Shown here: positions 13,345-22,514 of the stretch, one piece after another
How the letters are laid out: each line of letters starts with the position of its first letter
How positions within the stretch are numbered: position 1 is the stretch's first letter
From: an uncultured Eubacteriales bacterium
Lineage (GTDB): Bacteria; Bacillota; Clostridia; Peptostreptococcales; Anaerovoracaceae
NCBI GenBank assembly: GCA_900545135.1
Contig: UQXL01000003.1
Location: 84,938-108,937, forward strand
DNA length: 24,000 nucleotides
Reading direction: 5' to 3'
Notes under the pieces: model-generated
What the model was told of the DNA's origin: nothing
Databases searched by the model: none
The model's input: only the letters and a program-made list of their open reading frames with translations
Program-made: the position numbers and the translations under genes

Positions 13345-14445
13345 ATGACTTATGGAATAGCTAAGGAACTCTTAGCGCAGCTTGGCGGCGGCTGCAGCGC
13401 TCTGACGTGGGAAACGGAAAACGGACTGCATCTATGGGGCAGAAATTTCGATTTTAACAGGATAGCCGATGGCAGCAGGATCACCTATCTGCCTGAAAAC
13501 ACCTCTTTCTATACTATAGGCACAAGCCTTGAGGGCAACTTAGACGAAAGCTCGCAGCTGTATTCTAAATACGCCGTTCTTGGGACTGGATCTCTTGTCC
13601 TCCAGTCTACTCCCACTCTTTTCGAGGGAATTAACGAAAAAGGCCTCATGGGCGGACAGCTTTATTACCGTAAATTTGCTGAGTTCCCGGAACAAGTCAA
13701 GCAGGAACTTCTGCCGCTGCAGCCTGCGTTCGCAATGACTTATTTTTTGGCTCAGTGCCGCTCCGTAGAGGATGTGGTCTTTCATCTAAAAAACAAAGTA
13801 TGTCTGGTGAAGGCTCCTATCCTGGGCGCCGTTCCTCCCATTCACTGGATGTTCAGCGACCGTTCGGGAGAATCCATAATCATTGAATCCGACAAGAGTG
13901 GTCTGAATATATACAGAAACAGCATGGGCGTCCTCACCAACAGCCCCGGCTATCCGTGGCATCTGGAAAGCATGCTGAATTATCCCGGCATAAGAAAGCC
14001 GGACTTTGATGACCTTAAAATCAACGGAACAAGAATAGAACAATGCTTTTCCGGGAGCGGCTCGTCATGGCTGCCGGGCGGATGCACGTCGCCTGCCCGT
14101 TTCGTCAGACTGGCGTATCTGAAGCATTTATGTGAGAGAGGAAAAACTGAAATCGAAGGAACGTCGAGGATGTTCAGAATTCTGCAAAACGTCTCATTTC
14201 CTCTGGGTCTTGTAAGCGTTGCGCCGGACGAAAATCTTTCAGAATACGATGTCGGCGTTACTGCCTACGATTACACTATCTATACGGCTGTCATGTGCTC
14301 TGAATCCCTCAGCTTTTATTGGGCCACCTACGATAATCCCGAGCTGAGAAAAGTAAATCTTAATGAGCTGAAAGGCGAAAAGAAAATATTGCAATTTCTG
14401 CTGACGGAGCCGGAGGCTATGACAATAAGGCCGCGGCCTATATAA
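13345..14445 (+). CDS. Choloylglycine hydrolase family protein (linear amide C-N hydrolase; bile-salt hydrolase / penicillin V acylase-like Ntn hydrolase)
   Basis: 366-aa ORF with RBS AGGTGA. It has the nucleophile context GGGCSALTW, WGRNFDF, and GVLTNSPGYPWH (the family NSP motif). The catalytic Cys is preceded by 16 residues. Confidence 0.8.
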   Translation: MTYGIAKELLAQLGGGCSALTWETENGLHLWGRNFDFNRIADGSRITYLPENTSFYTIGTSLEGNLDESSQLYSKYAVLGTGSLVLQSTPTLFEGINEKGLMGGQLYYRKFAEFPEQVKQELLPLQPAFAMTYFLAQCRSVEDVVFHLKNKVCLVKAPILGAVPPIHWMFSDRSGESIIIESDKSGLNIYRNSMGVLTNSPGYPWHLESMLNYPGIRKPDFDDLKINGTRIEQCFSGSGSSWLPGGCTSPARFVRLAYLKHLCERGKTEIEGTSRMFRILQNVSFPLGLVSVAPDENLSEYDVGVTAYDYTIYTAVMCSESLSFYWATYDNPELRKVNLNELKGEKKILQFLLTEPEAMTIRPRPI

Positions 14446-14509
14446 AACAGCGTGCGGCAATCAACGTCATAGGCCGCCATATCGGTTCCACAGGCCGGCA
14501 CGTCGATTT

Positions 14510-14539
14510 CAAAAAACAGACGGCTCCAAGGCCGTCTGT
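14510..14539 (-). terminator. Intrinsic terminator after the fumarate hydratase operon
   Basis: Stem acagacggc (14516-14524) / gccgtctgt (14531-14539). On the minus strand it is followed by TTTTTTG. Confidence 0.75.
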
Positions 14540-14542
14540 CAT

Positions 14543-15103
14543 CTATTCCTTTTTCATATCCAGATATCTCTGTCTGCCCTCTTCATAAAGATTATGTCCT
14601 CTGCTGTCTATTACGACCACTGCGGGCAGATCTTCCACCTCCAGCCGTCTTATAGCCTCAGCTCCCAAGTCATCATAGGCTACGATTTCTGCTTTTTTAA
14701 TACAGCGGGAAAGCAAGGCCCCTGCTCCGCCTATCGCGCCGAAATATACGGCCTTGTTTTTTACCATCGAGTCAATGACTTCCTGCGAACGCTTCCCTTT
14801 GCCTATCATTCCTCTGAGGCCAAGGTCGAGAAGCTGCGGCGTATATGAATCCATGCGGTAACTGGTGGTAGGTCCCGCCGAGCCTATCGCCTGTCCCGGT
14901 TTTGCCGGCGCAGGACCTACATAATATATTATCGCGTCTTTTACATCTATCGGGAGTTCTTTGCTCCCGTCGAGCAGCTCTATAAGCCTTTTATGAGCTG
15001 CGTCCCTGCCCGTATATATCACTCCGCTTATCAGCACGTTATCTCCGCATTTCAGCTCTTCAGCCTGTTCGCGTGTAAACGGAACTGTGATGCGCTTTTC
15101 CAT
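14543..15103 (-). CDS. Fe-S hydro-lyase beta subunit (class I fumarate hydratase / L(+)-tartrate dehydratase C-terminal-domain type)
   Basis: 186-aa ORF with LKCGDNVLISGVIYTGRDAAHKRL and GPTTSYRMD, typical of FumA/TtdB C-terminal domain proteins. Confidence 0.85.
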   Translation of the reverse strand: MEKRITVPFTREQAEELKCGDNVLISGVIYTGRDAAHKRLIELLDGSKELPIDVKDAIIYYVGPAPAKPGQAIGSAGPTTSYRMDSYTPQLLDLGLRGMIGKGKRSQEVIDSMVKNKAVYFGAIGGAGALLSRCIKKAEIVAYDDLGAEAIRRLEVEDLPAVVVIDSRGHNLYEEGRQRYLDMKKE

Positions 15104-15182
15104 TGGTTCATGCCTCCTTAAAATTCAGCGGCGGTCGGCCTAGCCGTGCTTATGGCCGTCCCCTGCCGCAAGTACGCCGCAT

Positions 15183-16022
15183 CTACAGCGTTTTGCTCTT
15201 GTGCCTCGTCACATGACAGTTGATGTTGACAGCGCATGGAAGTCCGGCAATGTGCGTCGGCATAGTCTCTATGTTTACGGCAAGCGCCGTAGTCTTTCCT
15301 CCGAAGCCCTGAGGCCCGATGCCGAGAGCGTTGATCTTCTCCAGCATTTCCTCTTCCATTTGACGGTAAAACTCATCTCCGCTATGCTGGTCAAGAGGCC
15401 TAAGAAGAGCTTTTTTCGCCATGAGAGCCGCTTTGTCAAATGTTCCTCCTATGCCTACTCCTACGACTATCGGCGGGCACGGATTGGGTCCTGCCTCCTC
15501 GACGGTTTTGAGAATGAACTCTTTGACGCCGTCGATTCCCTCCGACGGCTTGAGCATCTTTATCCGGCTCATGTTTTCACTGCCGAAGCCTTTAGGCGCT
15601 ACGGTGATCTTGAGTTCCTCGCCTTTCACGACGTCAAAGTAAAGCATTGCAGGCGTATTGTCGCCTGTATTTACTCTTCTTAAAGGATCGGCTACGCATG
15701 ATTTTCTGAGATAGCCTTGTTCGTAGCCCTGCCTTACGCCCTCGTCCACAGCTTCTTTTATATCGCCGTCTATATGGACGTCCTGTCCGATTTCAAGGAA
15801 AACGCAGGCCAGCCCTGTATCCTGACATACAGGAACATTTTCATCCGCCGCTATGCGGTAATTTTCTTCTATCTTTTCAAGCACGCTGCAGGCTATGTCA
15901 AAAGCCTCTCTGCTGCGGCTTTCTTCTATGGCTTTTCTTACGTCTTCAGGCAAAGCGCAGTTTGCTTCTATGCACAAATCCCTGACAGCCGATGTGATCT
16001 CCGTGGCTTTTATCTCTCTCAT
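15183..16022 (-). CDS. Fe-S hydro-lyase alpha subunit (class I fumarate hydratase / tartrate dehydratase N-terminal-domain type)
   Basis: 279-aa ORF with [13 protein letters not shown] (the CQDTG motif), GIGGTFD and CHVTRH. It is paired with the beta subunit downstream. Confidence 0.85.
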   Translation of the reverse strand: MREIKATEITSAVRDLCIEANCALPEDVRKAIEESRSREAFDIACSVLEKIEENYRIAADENVPVCQDTGLACVFLEIGQDVHIDGDIKEAVDEGVRQGYEQGYLRKSCVADPLRRVNTGDNTPAMLYFDVVKGEELKITVAPKGFGSENMSRIKMLKPSEGIDGVKEFILKTVEEAGPNPCPPIVVGVGIGGTFDKAALMAKKALLRPLDQHSGDEFYRQMEEEMLEKINALGIGPQGFGGKTTALAVNIETMPTHIAGLPCAVNINCHVTRHKSKTL

Positions 16023-16042
16023 ATCTCACCTCAGCTTATATT

Positions 16043-17992
16043 TTAATAACTTTCTTTTATTTCGCCGTGTTTGAACGCTTCCACCAGACTTCTCAAGTCC
16101 TCGACTTTTTCCACCAGCTGAGCGCCTTGATCAGTGTCCAGAATCAAGAGACGTTCAGGCATGGTTTCTACTGTCATCATGACAGGCGAGTGGAATTCCT
16201 GAGTACCGTCGGGCTTTAGCGGGCTGAAAGGCTTGTGTTCAGCCAGAGCCATGAAACGTGAATTGAATATAAACGTATATCCGGCAATTCCCGTCTGCTT
16301 CTGATAAGCTTTGGAAATGCCGCCGTCTATGACATACAGAAGTCCGCCGCCTTTTATCGGCGATTCTCCGTCCTTTATCTTGACAGGTACGTGGCCGTTG
16401 AGGATCTTGGCGTTGCTCGGATCAAGGCCGAATTCACGTATGATCTTCTCGCACGTCTCACGATTATTTATCAGCTTATAATAAGGTCGTGTGAATTCCT
16501 TATGCGTGCTCTTGTCGGCTATAAACAGTCTCTCGAAAGTAGTCATCTTCTCTTTGCCGAAGAGAGGCGAATCACCACCCAGCCACAGATACCACATCAG
16601 ATCGCCAGGATATACGGTCTCGTCGGCCTTGTCAGGAGAATAATAGGCTTTGCGCACCTGATCGTCCAGATAGTCCATAAGAGCCTTTCCTTTCAGCTTG
16701 GCGCTGCCCAGATCTACTTCCTGAAAATTCCCCTCCTCGTCCATAGGGATACAGCCGTGGTAAAGCAGGTTGCCGTTTACTTTAGTATATAACGCTCCAT
16801 GGCTGTAGAGGAATTTAATATGATTTTGGAGTTTTTCCGAATTGACGAAAGAAGCCGAAATCGCTCTCATGACTTCAGTCTCTTCTTCAGTCAGCTCATA
16901 AGGATTGTTTTCATCAAGGGTAGGAAGATTGGCATCTCTCAGAGGCCACTTTACCCCCTCCACTTCAACGGTGCCCTCTTCAAGGTTTATCTTATCGAGG
17001 AGCAGACGTTTTTCCAGCTTGTATTCAGGATGGGATTTTATTCTCTGGCCTTCTATCTTGAACTGGCAAACGGCTATGGCCTTGTGCATCCTGGCAGCCA
17101 AATCCTCAGGCACCGGGTCGAATTCGTTTCTGTCAAGCATGTGAGGCCTGAAAAATTCACATGGATCATCTCCATAGACTTTTTCCGCAAAGGTCGCCAG
17201 AGGCCGCAGATTTATGCCGTATCCCACCTCCAGCATATCGAAATTGTTGTAGCTTATATTCATCCTCAGGACGTTGGCTATGCAGGCCCAGTTTCCTGTA
17301 GCAGCTCCCATCCATACTATATCGTGGTTTCCCCACTGAAAATCCACATCGTGATAATTCATCAGAAAATCCATAATGGTGTCGGGATGCGCGCCTCTGT
17401 CAAATATGTCGCCGATGATGTGCAGCTTGTCTACGGCCAGCCTGCTGATGGCTTCCGTAAGCTCTATTATGTATGTTTCCGCCAGTCCGCACTCAACCAC
17501 GGAATTTATGATCTCGCTGTAATAATATGCTCTGTTGGCTTCGTCGTCCGCGTGGAGCAGCTCGTCTATGCTGTAGTCCATGTACTTTGGAAGCCGCTGT
17601 CTTACCCGGGAACGAGTATATTTGGTCGACACGGATTTGCATATAGTAATTAAACGATAAATTGCCGTGGCGCACCAATCGTCGAAATCTTTCTCGCTTT
17701 TTTTACGTCTCTTGATTTCGGCTTCCGCATTGTATATCAGGGAAGCCAGATCGTCCCGGTCTTTCTCACTCAGTACGGAGCCGTAATGCTCGTCTATCTT
17801 CATCTTGATGGTTCCCGACGCGCTCTTAAGCATGTGAATAAAAGCTTCATGTTCTCCGTGCAAATCGCTGAGAAAATATTCTGTGCCCTTTGGCAGCGCC
17901 AGTATCGCTTTCAGGTTTATGATTTCCGCCGACGCGGCCTCTATGTTTGGATAGTCTTTCGCCAGGCGCTTTAAATATTTGATATCTGCCAT
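16043..17992 (-). CDS. fbp: Fructose-1,6-bisphosphatase class 3
   Basis: About 649 aa from ATG 17992 (MADIKYLKRLAKDYPNIEAASAEIINLKAILALPKGTEYFLSDLHGEHEAF), the hallmark N-terminus and metallophosphoesterase motifs (GDIFDRG, GNHD) of Firmicute Fbp. The track ORF starts at 18058. Confidence 0.9.
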   Translation of the reverse strand: MADIKYLKRLAKDYPNIEAASAEIINLKAILALPKGTEYFLSDLHGEHEAFIHMLKSASGTIKMKIDEHYGSVLSEKDRDDLASLIYNAEAEIKRRKKSEKDFDDWCATAIYRLITICKSVSTKYTRSRVRQRLPKYMDYSIDELLHADDEANRAYYYSEIINSVVECGLAETYIIELTEAISRLAVDKLHIIGDIFDRGAHPDTIMDFLMNYHDVDFQWGNHDIVWMGAATGNWACIANVLRMNISYNNFDMLEVGYGINLRPLATFAEKVYGDDPCEFFRPHMLDRNEFDPVPEDLAARMHKAIAVCQFKIEGQRIKSHPEYKLEKRLLLDKINLEEGTVEVEGVKWPLRDANLPTLDENNPYELTEEETEVMRAISASFVNSEKLQNHIKFLYSHGALYTKVNGNLLYHGCIPMDEEGNFQEVDLGSAKLKGKALMDYLDDQVRKAYYSPDKADETVYPGDLMWYLWLGGDSPLFGKEKMTTFERLFIADKSTHKEFTRPYYKLINNRETCEKIIREFGLDPSNAKILNGHVPVKIKDGESPIKGGGLLYVIDGGISKAYQKQTGIAGYTFIFNSRFMALAEHKPFSPLKPDGTQEFHSPVMMTVETMPERLLILDTDQGAQLVEKVEDLRSLVEAFKHGEIKESY

Positions 17993-18049
17993 ATTTTTTC
18001 CTTTCCCGAAAAGCGGCCGTCTGCTGAAAGCACGCCTTTCATCTCTTTT

Positions 18050-18079
18050 ATAATACAATAGAGCTCATGGCAAAATCAA
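18050..18079 (-). promoter_or_regulatory. Candidate sigma-A promoter for fbp
   Basis: On the minus strand, TTGATT (18079..18074) is followed by 18 nt and then TATTAT (18055..18050). Confidence 0.4.
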
Positions 18080-18154
18080 GGTGAAATATGATTATACGCC
18101 GCGTGCCTTGTTGATTTTTTCCGCAGCTGCCAGCACGCATCTCTCGGCTGCCAG

Positions 18155-18202
18155 CTCACATCTACCTGCGGCTGTCAACTCACATCTACCTGCGGCCGTC
18201 AG
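18155..18202. repeat. Two tandem 24-bp units (22 of 24 identical) overlapping the spoIID stop codon, with degenerate copies upstream at about 18124-18154
   Basis: The units are ctcacatctacctgcggctgtcaa (18155-18178) and ctcacatctacctgcggccgtcag (18179-18202). The spoIID stop is at 18199-18201. Confidence 0.8.
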
Positions 18203-19185
18203 TGAACTTCGGTTCCTGTATAATAGTGACTCAGTATTTCCTTATATCCGCTGCCCTCTTTCGCCATGCCGTCCGCTCCGTATTGGCTCAGCCCCACGCC
18301 GTGGCCGAATCCGTCGGAAGTAAAGATTATCCTGCTCCCGTCGCCGCTGAAACTTATGGAAAACAAAGCGGAACTGAGACCGAGGGCATTTCTTATTTCA
18401 GTGCCTTTGAACGATGCTTCGCCGACCTGCATCTTCTCCACTCTGCCGCCGTCGGTGCGTGAAATTATCTCTATCGACGAGGCAGAGACGCTGACTAAAG
18501 TTCTGTCCGGATATGCTTTGGCAAGCAGAGTCTTTATCTCTTCGAGAGAAAACTCTTTTTCCTCGTTCTGGTGGCTGGCGTTTTCCTCATATGGGCTGGA
18601 AACGCTCACAAGATAAGGATAAGCTCCTGTAAACACGTCTTCGGAATTTTCTGTTTGTCCGCCGCTGGAACTGAAAAAAAGCGGCTGAGTGACCAGTTCT
18701 CCGTCGTAATACAGAAGTTCTCCCTCGGTCGCCTCACACGCTTTTCTGACTTTTTTAAATCCGCTCTCCTCCCAGCCGTCCTCATGTATTTCTATCAGCT
18801 TATCTTCGCTTTTATATGCCTGACAGTGGGTCGTATCGCACAGGGGCGCGTCCGGGTGAGACTCGGGCCTTTTTTCGTCATATTTGAGTATTTTAGCCAT
18901 GGCGTAAGTTCTGGCCGCTACTGACTGAGCTTTCAGAGCCTCTTCGTCGAATGTCGACGGCATCTCGCTGGCGGTGACACAGGCTACGTATTCCTCAAAG
19001 TCTATTTCCTCTGCCTTTCCCTCCCCCGAAATCCACACGCTGACCGTTTCAGGCGTATCTACCTTGCCTGAAAAAACATCTTCCTCAGGTTTGCTCTCTT
19101 CCTGCCCGGCAAACAGCCCCAAAACAAGAGGAATACCTACAATAAAAAAGAGGGCCAAGAGCACTGCCGGTATAACTTTTCTCAT
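18199..19185 (-). CDS. spoIID: Stage II sporulation protein D (SpoIID/LytB-domain lytic transglycosylase)
   Basis: 328-aa ORF with an N-terminal membrane anchor, plus KAQSVAARTYA, DTTHCQAY, FFSSSGGQTE and GHGVGLSQYGA, all SpoIID signature blocks. The murA neighbour matches the arrangement in Bacillus. Confidence 0.9.
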   Translation of the reverse strand: MRKVIPAVLLALFFIVGIPLVLGLFAGQEESKPEEDVFSGKVDTPETVSVWISGEGKAEEIDFEEYVACVTASEMPSTFDEEALKAQSVAARTYAMAKILKYDEKRPESHPDAPLCDTTHCQAYKSEDKLIEIHEDGWEESGFKKVRKACEATEGELLYYDGELVTQPLFFSSSGGQTENSEDVFTGAYPYLVSVSSPYEENASHQNEEKEFSLEEIKTLLAKAYPDRTLVSVSASSIEIISRTDGGRVEKMQVGEASFKGTEIRNALGLSSALFSISFSGDGSRIIFTSDGFGHGVGLSQYGADGMAKEGSGYKEILSHYYTGTEVH

Positions 19186-19215
19186 TATTTTGCCTCCTAT
19201 ATACCCTCATTATAT

Positions 19216-19242
19216 GTAAAAAGCGGTGAATTATCACCGCTT
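19216..19242 (-). terminator. Intrinsic terminator after murA
   Basis: Perfect stem aagcggtga / tcaccgctt with loop atta. On the minus strand it is followed by TTTTAC. Confidence 0.75.
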
Positions 19243-19296
19243 AGTCTGTCGATTTTCATCGTTTGCTTTTAATATGACGATTTTCTATATCGTTTT

Positions 19297-20568
19297 TCAA
19301 TCATCTACTTTTTTAATGTCTGCCCCGAGTTCGGCAAATTTTTCTATGAATTTTTCATAGCCTCTTTCAATATGATAGATTTCTGATATTTCAGTCTGCC
19401 CTTCAGCTACAAGCCCGGCAAGTACCATCGCGGCTCCGGCTCTGAGGTCTGTCGCTATAACGCTGCAGCCTCTAAGCTTGGTATTTCCTTTTATCGAAGC
19501 CCTGTTGCCAGCCGTCTCAATGCTGGCGCCCATCTTTCCCAGCTGGGATACGTGCATGAACCGGTTCTCGAATACTGTCTCTATGACTGTGCTCGTGCCG
19601 TCTACAGTGGTCAGATAAGCCATGAACGGAGACTGGATATCTGTAGGAAATCCGGGATAAGGCAGGGTCTTTATATCCGTCGAAATCTGCGGCCCCAGAT
19701 CGCCTCTGACGATTATATCCTCATCGCCTACTTCGATCCTGACTCCGCACTCGCGGAGCTTGGCTATAATCGGCTTGAGGTGATCAGGTTCCACGTTGCA
19801 TACGTGGACCGCACCTTTCGTTATGGCGGCGGCCAGCATAAAGGTTCCCGCCTCTATCCTGTCGGGAATCACAGTGTGCTTCGCGCCGTGGAGCTTCTTG
19901 ACGCCCTCTATCCTTATCGTATCTGTGCCTGCGCCTTTGATCTTAGCGCCCATCTTATTCAAAAAGTTAGCAAGATCGACGATTTCAGGCTCTTCTGCGG
20001 CATTTTCTATATAGGTTGTCCCCTCTGCCAGAACAGCCGCCATCATTATATTTTCCGTCGCTCCTACGCTGGGAAAGTCCAAGTATATTTGATCGCCTAT
20101 CAGGCCTTGTCCTCCGGCTACGGCTTCTACGTATTCGCCGTTTTCATCCTCGCTTATCACAGCTCCGAGGATTTCAAAGCCCTTGAGATGAAGTTCTATC
20201 GGCCTGGCCCCTATGGCGCATCCGCCGGGCAGCGGTATCCTCACCCTGCCTTTTCGCGCAAGCAGAGGACCCATAACCAGTATTGAAGCCCTCATCTTGC
20301 TGACCAAGTCTTTTTCAACTTCCGTTGAATATATGTCTTCAGTGTGTATGGAAATGGTATTTTCACCTATTTCCTCTATATCTGAACCAAGGGATGAAAG
20401 GATTTCTTTCATCAGACTTACATCCCTGAGGCACGGTACCGCGTCAATGATGCATACATCATCGGAAAGAAGAGCCGCAGCCATCAGCGGCAATACCGCG
20501 TTTTTTGCACCACTAATATGCACCTCCCCTTTGAGAGGGCCGCTTTGTTTCACAATATACTTAGCCAA
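19297..20568 (-). CDS. murA: UDP-N-acetylglucosamine 1-carboxyvinyltransferase
   Basis: 423-aa ORF starting MAKYIVKQSGPLKGEVHISGAKNAVLPLMAAALL, with LPGGCAIGARPIELH containing the catalytic Cys loop. Confidence 0.95.
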   Translation of the reverse strand: MAKYIVKQSGPLKGEVHISGAKNAVLPLMAAALLSDDVCIIDAVPCLRDVSLMKEILSSLGSDIEEIGENTISIHTEDIYSTEVEKDLVSKMRASILVMGPLLARKGRVRIPLPGGCAIGARPIELHLKGFEILGAVISEDENGEYVEAVAGGQGLIGDQIYLDFPSVGATENIMMAAVLAEGTTYIENAAEEPEIVDLANFLNKMGAKIKGAGTDTIRIEGVKKLHGAKHTVIPDRIEAGTFMLAAAITKGAVHVCNVEPDHLKPIIAKLRECGVRIEVGDEDIIVRGDLGPQISTDIKTLPYPGFPTDIQSPFMAYLTTVDGTSTVIETVFENRFMHVSQLGKMGASIETAGNRASIKGNTKLRGCSVIATDLRAGAAMVLAGLVAEGQTEISEIYHIERGYEKFIEKFAELGADIKKVDD

Positions 20569-20587
20569 TTCAAAAGCCTCCGCAAGA

Positions 20588-20830
20588 CTATAATTTTTTC
20601 ATTTCTTCAATGCATGTTTTGCAGACGTTTTTCCCGTGAATTGAAACCACGTCTTTTACATTTCCGCAGAATACGCATGCCGGCTCGTATTTTTTCAGCA
20701 TTATATATTCTCCGTCTACAAATACTTCCAAAGAGTCCTCGGTCTTTATCCCCAAATTTCTTCTCAGTTCCACAGGGATAACTACTCTTCCCAATGGATC
20801 TACCGGTCTGACAATTCCTGTTGCTTTCAT
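20588..20830 (-). CDS. abrB: AbrB/SpoVT-family transition-state regulator
   Basis: 80-aa ORF. MKATGIVRPVDPLGRVVIPVELRRNLGI is the canonical AbrB swapped-hairpin N-domain. The C-terminal CVFC...CKTC pairs match clostridial AbrB-like proteins. Confidence 0.85.
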   Translation of the reverse strand: MKATGIVRPVDPLGRVVIPVELRRNLGIKTEDSLEVFVDGEYIMLKKYEPACVFCGNVKDVVSIHGKNVCKTCIEEMKKL

Positions 20831-20867
20831 TTTTTCGTCCTCCTCTTGTTTCTTTTAGGTGTGTGTG

Positions 20868-21203
20868 TTATTTATCTTTATTAGTCGGTTTTCTTACAAT
20901 TCCGGCAAAGCTGCTCGCTGCATTGACTATACTGGTAATAGCTGCAACTATGCTCTGATTTCCCTTAATTGAATTTACAACCGTTCCAACCGAATCACTT
21001 ACTCCGTCAACTATTTTGTCTATCTTCTGTGCTTTGTCAGCAGCGACTTCGGAAACAATTTTGGCATCGTCCAATACGGAATTGACCTTTGTAAGCGTGA
21101 TGATAGCCTTTCTCGTAAGTGCGATCAAATATATCAATAAAACGATAGCGAGCGCTGCCAGCAATGTCAGCAGAACTCCTTCCCAGGTTATTGTTACTGT
21201 CAT
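20868..21203 (-). CDS. DUF948-like membrane-anchored coiled-coil protein
   Basis: ATG 21203 has RBS GAGGAGGG. One N-terminal TM helix is followed by an Ala/Val/Lys-rich helical region (LDDAKIVSEVAADKAQKIDKIVDGVSD). Confidence 0.65.
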   Translation of the reverse strand: MTVTITWEGVLLTLLAALAIVLLIYLIALTRKAIITLTKVNSVLDDAKIVSEVAADKAQKIDKIVDGVSDSVGTVVNSIKGNQSIVAAITSIVNAASSFAGIVRKPTNKDK

Positions 21204-21261
21204 AAAATCCCTCCTCATTGGCAACTCATTTTATTATACCCCAAAACTGGAAATTGCTTCA

Positions 21262-21289
21262 ACATTTTTTTGGATTTTACGCATACATT
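21262..21289 (+). promoter_or_regulatory. Candidate sigma-E-type (mother-cell) promoter for spmAB
   Basis: CATACATT (21282-21289) matches the Bacillus sigma-E -10 consensus CATACAnT. ACATTTT lies 13 nt upstream and is a partial match to the -35 kmATATT. Confidence 0.35.
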
Positions 21290-21340
21290 TTATTACAGAT
21301 TGTGTGCTTATGCAATGGTCTTGTGAAAGGAGATTTTGTG

Positions 21341-21913
21341 ATGATGAATTTAATCTGGGCTGTCATATTTATCGCCTCTTTCATATATGCCTGTTTTTCC
21401 GGAAATCTTGCCAGTCTCAACGACGCTCTTACGGAGGGTTCAACTGAGGCTGTGGAGTTTATCCTAGGTCTTGCCGGCATAATGGCCATGTGGAGCGGCC
21501 TGATGGAAATCGCGGAAAGAACCGGCCTCATAAACAAGCTGTCTCGCCTTCTCCTGCCTTTCACCAAACTTCTTTTCCCCTCCCAGAAAGACCCGGAAAC
21601 CATTTCGTCCATAATAATGAGCTTCATGGCTAACATTTTCGGTGCAGGCAACAGTTCAACCGTCTTTGCCCTGCGTACCATGGAAAAGCTGGACGAAGCC
21701 AACAGGCACAGTCCTATCGCCAGCAATGACATGTGCACTTTCGCGGTAGTGAATATGGCTTTTGCCCCCATATTTCCCATAATGGCCATTCAGATCCGCA
21801 GCGACTGCGGTTCTCAGGACCCTTATTCCATAGTCCTGCCGTCCATCATAACAGCCGGTATAACCATTCTCGTATCCGTGCTGGCATGCAAATTTTTTGA
21901 AAGGAGAAGCTAA
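21341..21913 (+). CDS. spmA: Spore maturation protein A (nucleoside-recognition/Gate domain)
   Basis: Begins MMNLIWAVIFIASFIYACFSG, with RBS AAAGGAG. The membrane protein is typical of SpmA and is directly followed by spmB. The track ORF starts at 21218. Confidence 0.85.
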   Translation: MMNLIWAVIFIASFIYACFSGNLASLNDALTEGSTEAVEFILGLAGIMAMWSGLMEIAERTGLINKLSRLLLPFTKLLFPSQKDPETISSIIMSFMANIFGAGNSSTVFALRTMEKLDEANRHSPIASNDMCTFAVVNMAFAPIFPIMAIQIRSDCGSQDPYSIVLPSIITAGITILVSVLACKFFERRS

Positions 21914-22441
21914 ATGTCACAGGTCTTCACTTTTCTTTCAGTCGGCTTTCTGCCTGTGATGAGCGCTGTCATCATAGGGTACGGTCTCTGGAAGCGGGCA
22001 CCCATATACGATCTATTCATAGAAGGTGCAAAAAATGGCTTGAAAACGGCTGTAGAAATAATGCCTTTTCTCATAGGCATATTCATCGCCATAAACAGCC
22101 TGACCTCATCCGGCATACTCAACCTGATAGACGTGCTGCTGGCTCCCGTGCTCACCGCCCTCGAAGTCCCGGCCCAGCTCCTGCCTCTGATGTTCCTCAG
22201 AGCCATCTCCGGAAGCGGTTCCATGATAATCCTCCAGGACATACTGGAAAACGTCGGCCCCGATTCCTATGCCGGCCGTGTGGCCTGCGTAATGGCCGGA
22301 GGCTGTGAAACCGTCATATACGTGCTGGCGCTCTACTTTGGCGTTACAAAGGTAAAGCAAATGAGGCACGCTTTTAAAGGTGGCCTCATAGGTTACATAA
22401 CAGGTATGATAGTTTCTATAATTATATGCAGATTCATGTAA
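21914..22441 (+). CDS. spmB: Spore maturation protein B
   Basis: 175-aa membrane protein whose ATG abuts the spmA stop, the conserved spmA-spmB pairing. Confidence 0.85.
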   Translation: MSQVFTFLSVGFLPVMSAVIIGYGLWKRAPIYDLFIEGAKNGLKTAVEIMPFLIGIFIAINSLTSSGILNLIDVLLAPVLTALEVPAQLLPLMFLRAISGSGSMIILQDILENVGPDSYAGRVACVMAGGCETVIYVLALYFGVTKVKQMRHAFKGGLIGYITGMIVSIIICRFM

Positions 22442-22514
22442 TAGTACGGCATCGTGCACACCTGCGGCGGCGTGCTGCAATGCGGCACCGCAGCATAGCC
22501 ATGCGGCGGCGTGC

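Noticed and set aside
16799-17653. Long plus-strand ORF (284 aa), and similar ones at 19552-20286 (244 aa), 1121-1651, 15201-15683 and 21277-21789
   Set aside because: They lie antisense to strongly supported genes (fbp, murA, the P-type ATPase, the fumarase alpha subunit, spmA). They have low-complexity or odd composition, no RBS and no recognisable motifs. They are shadow ORFs.
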